DNA from: Methanobacteriota archaeon
GTDB lineage: Archaea; Halobacteriota; Bog-38; Methanoflorentales; Methanoflorentaceae
Length of the DNA: 64,000 nt
Assembly (NCBI GenBank): GCA_963719035.1
Contig: CAVRAO010000002.1
Span: 128,001 to 192,000, forward strand
Direction: 5' to 3'
The translations under genes and the position numbers were made by a program. How positions within the stretch are numbered: position 1 is the first letter of the stretch; the number at the start of each line of letters is the position of its first letter. This document shows positions 63,428 through 64,000 of the stretch, one piece after another. The notes beneath the pieces are model-generated. The model made no database searches. It had not been told where the DNA came from and saw only the letters and a list, made by a program, of their open reading frames with translations.

Positions 63428-64000
63428 TTAAACAAGATTAAAAGCCCTACAGGTGTTTTTAATGATTATGGAGGCCGTATCTTCAAAGGTCATATCCCAT
63501 ATCCGCGATATGGCAACGACCGCATCTCCGACCAACGCAGGTTCGTTCCGACCACGATGAGCTGCTTGATATGGGCTATCGGTTTCCACTAAGATTGCTT
63601 CTCGCGGAGCACCCTCCACAAGCTTCTGGTGGTGTGGCGATTTACAAACCCGAGTTGGAATTGAAATATAGTGTCCGCAGCCAACTATAGCATTAAGCAA
63701 CTCGGTGTTGCCACCGTAGCAATGATATACTGCTTGGTCAACCCGGTGTGCGAGCTTAAAAACGCGTTCTTCAGCATCTCGACTGTGGATCACAAGCGGC
63801 AGGTTGAGCTCCTCGCTTAGTCGAATAAATATGCGAAACGTATCCTCTTGCTCCGCTCGTTGATGTTCCTCCGTAGCGTGATAAAAGTCTAATCCCACTT
63901 CACCAATCGCTATTGCAGAATCGGCATTTTGTCGAATGAATTCTTCGACGTGTTTTTTTTCGTCTAAGTTTAGCGGGCTTAACCCATACGCTGCATAAAT
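63428..64000 (-). CDS. TatD-family hydrolase, 5' end outside window
   Basis: AIGEVGLDF, LPLVIHSR, HCY, ETDSPY, RNEP. Confidence 0.92.
   Translation of the reverse strand: MYAAYGLSPLNLDEKKHVEEFIRQNADSAIAIGEVGLDFYHATEEHQRAEQEDTFRIFIRLSEELNLPLVIHSRDAEERVFKLAHRVDQAVYHCYGGNTELLNAIVGCGHYISIPTRVCKSPHHQKLVEGAPREAILVETDSPYQAAHRGRNEPALVGDAVVAISRIWDMTFEDTASIIIKNTCRAFNLV

Overview
Archaeal chromosome segment, inferred to be from a methanogen-like Halobacteriota/Methanomicrobia relative (mfnD/mfnF, mptE, hyp genes, thermosome, exosome-proteasome superoperon). Housekeeping blocks occupy ~4.2-19.5 kb (mfn, hem, taw1, argS, aRF1, hypCAE) and ~37.7-64 kb (queCE, tiaS, thermosome, nikR, ileS, rpl15e to pfdB). 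There are two accessory regions: a TrmB paralog cluster at 1-4.1 kb and an ~18 kb island (19.6-37.5 kb) centred on tRNA-Asp(GUC) at 25301-25373. The island is the main result. Two homologous tyrosine integrases (one intact, one decayed) sit at copies of the anticodon arm in opposite orientations, so the intact tRNA looks like a mosaic with displaced 5' and 3' halves on either side. At least five further sites between cargo genes copy the tRNA anticodon-arm sequence (GTCGGAGCC-N7-GGCTCC) with variable 7-nt spacers, and they separate cargo genes of very different base composition. This suggests an integron-like gene capture/shuffling platform anchored at a tRNA (inference, untested). Also seen: unannotated Cys/His microproteins with a shared upstream palindrome, HTH-less TrmB paralogs, and an rpoP gene that apparently starts at ACG. 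All calls were made by eye; no searches were run.
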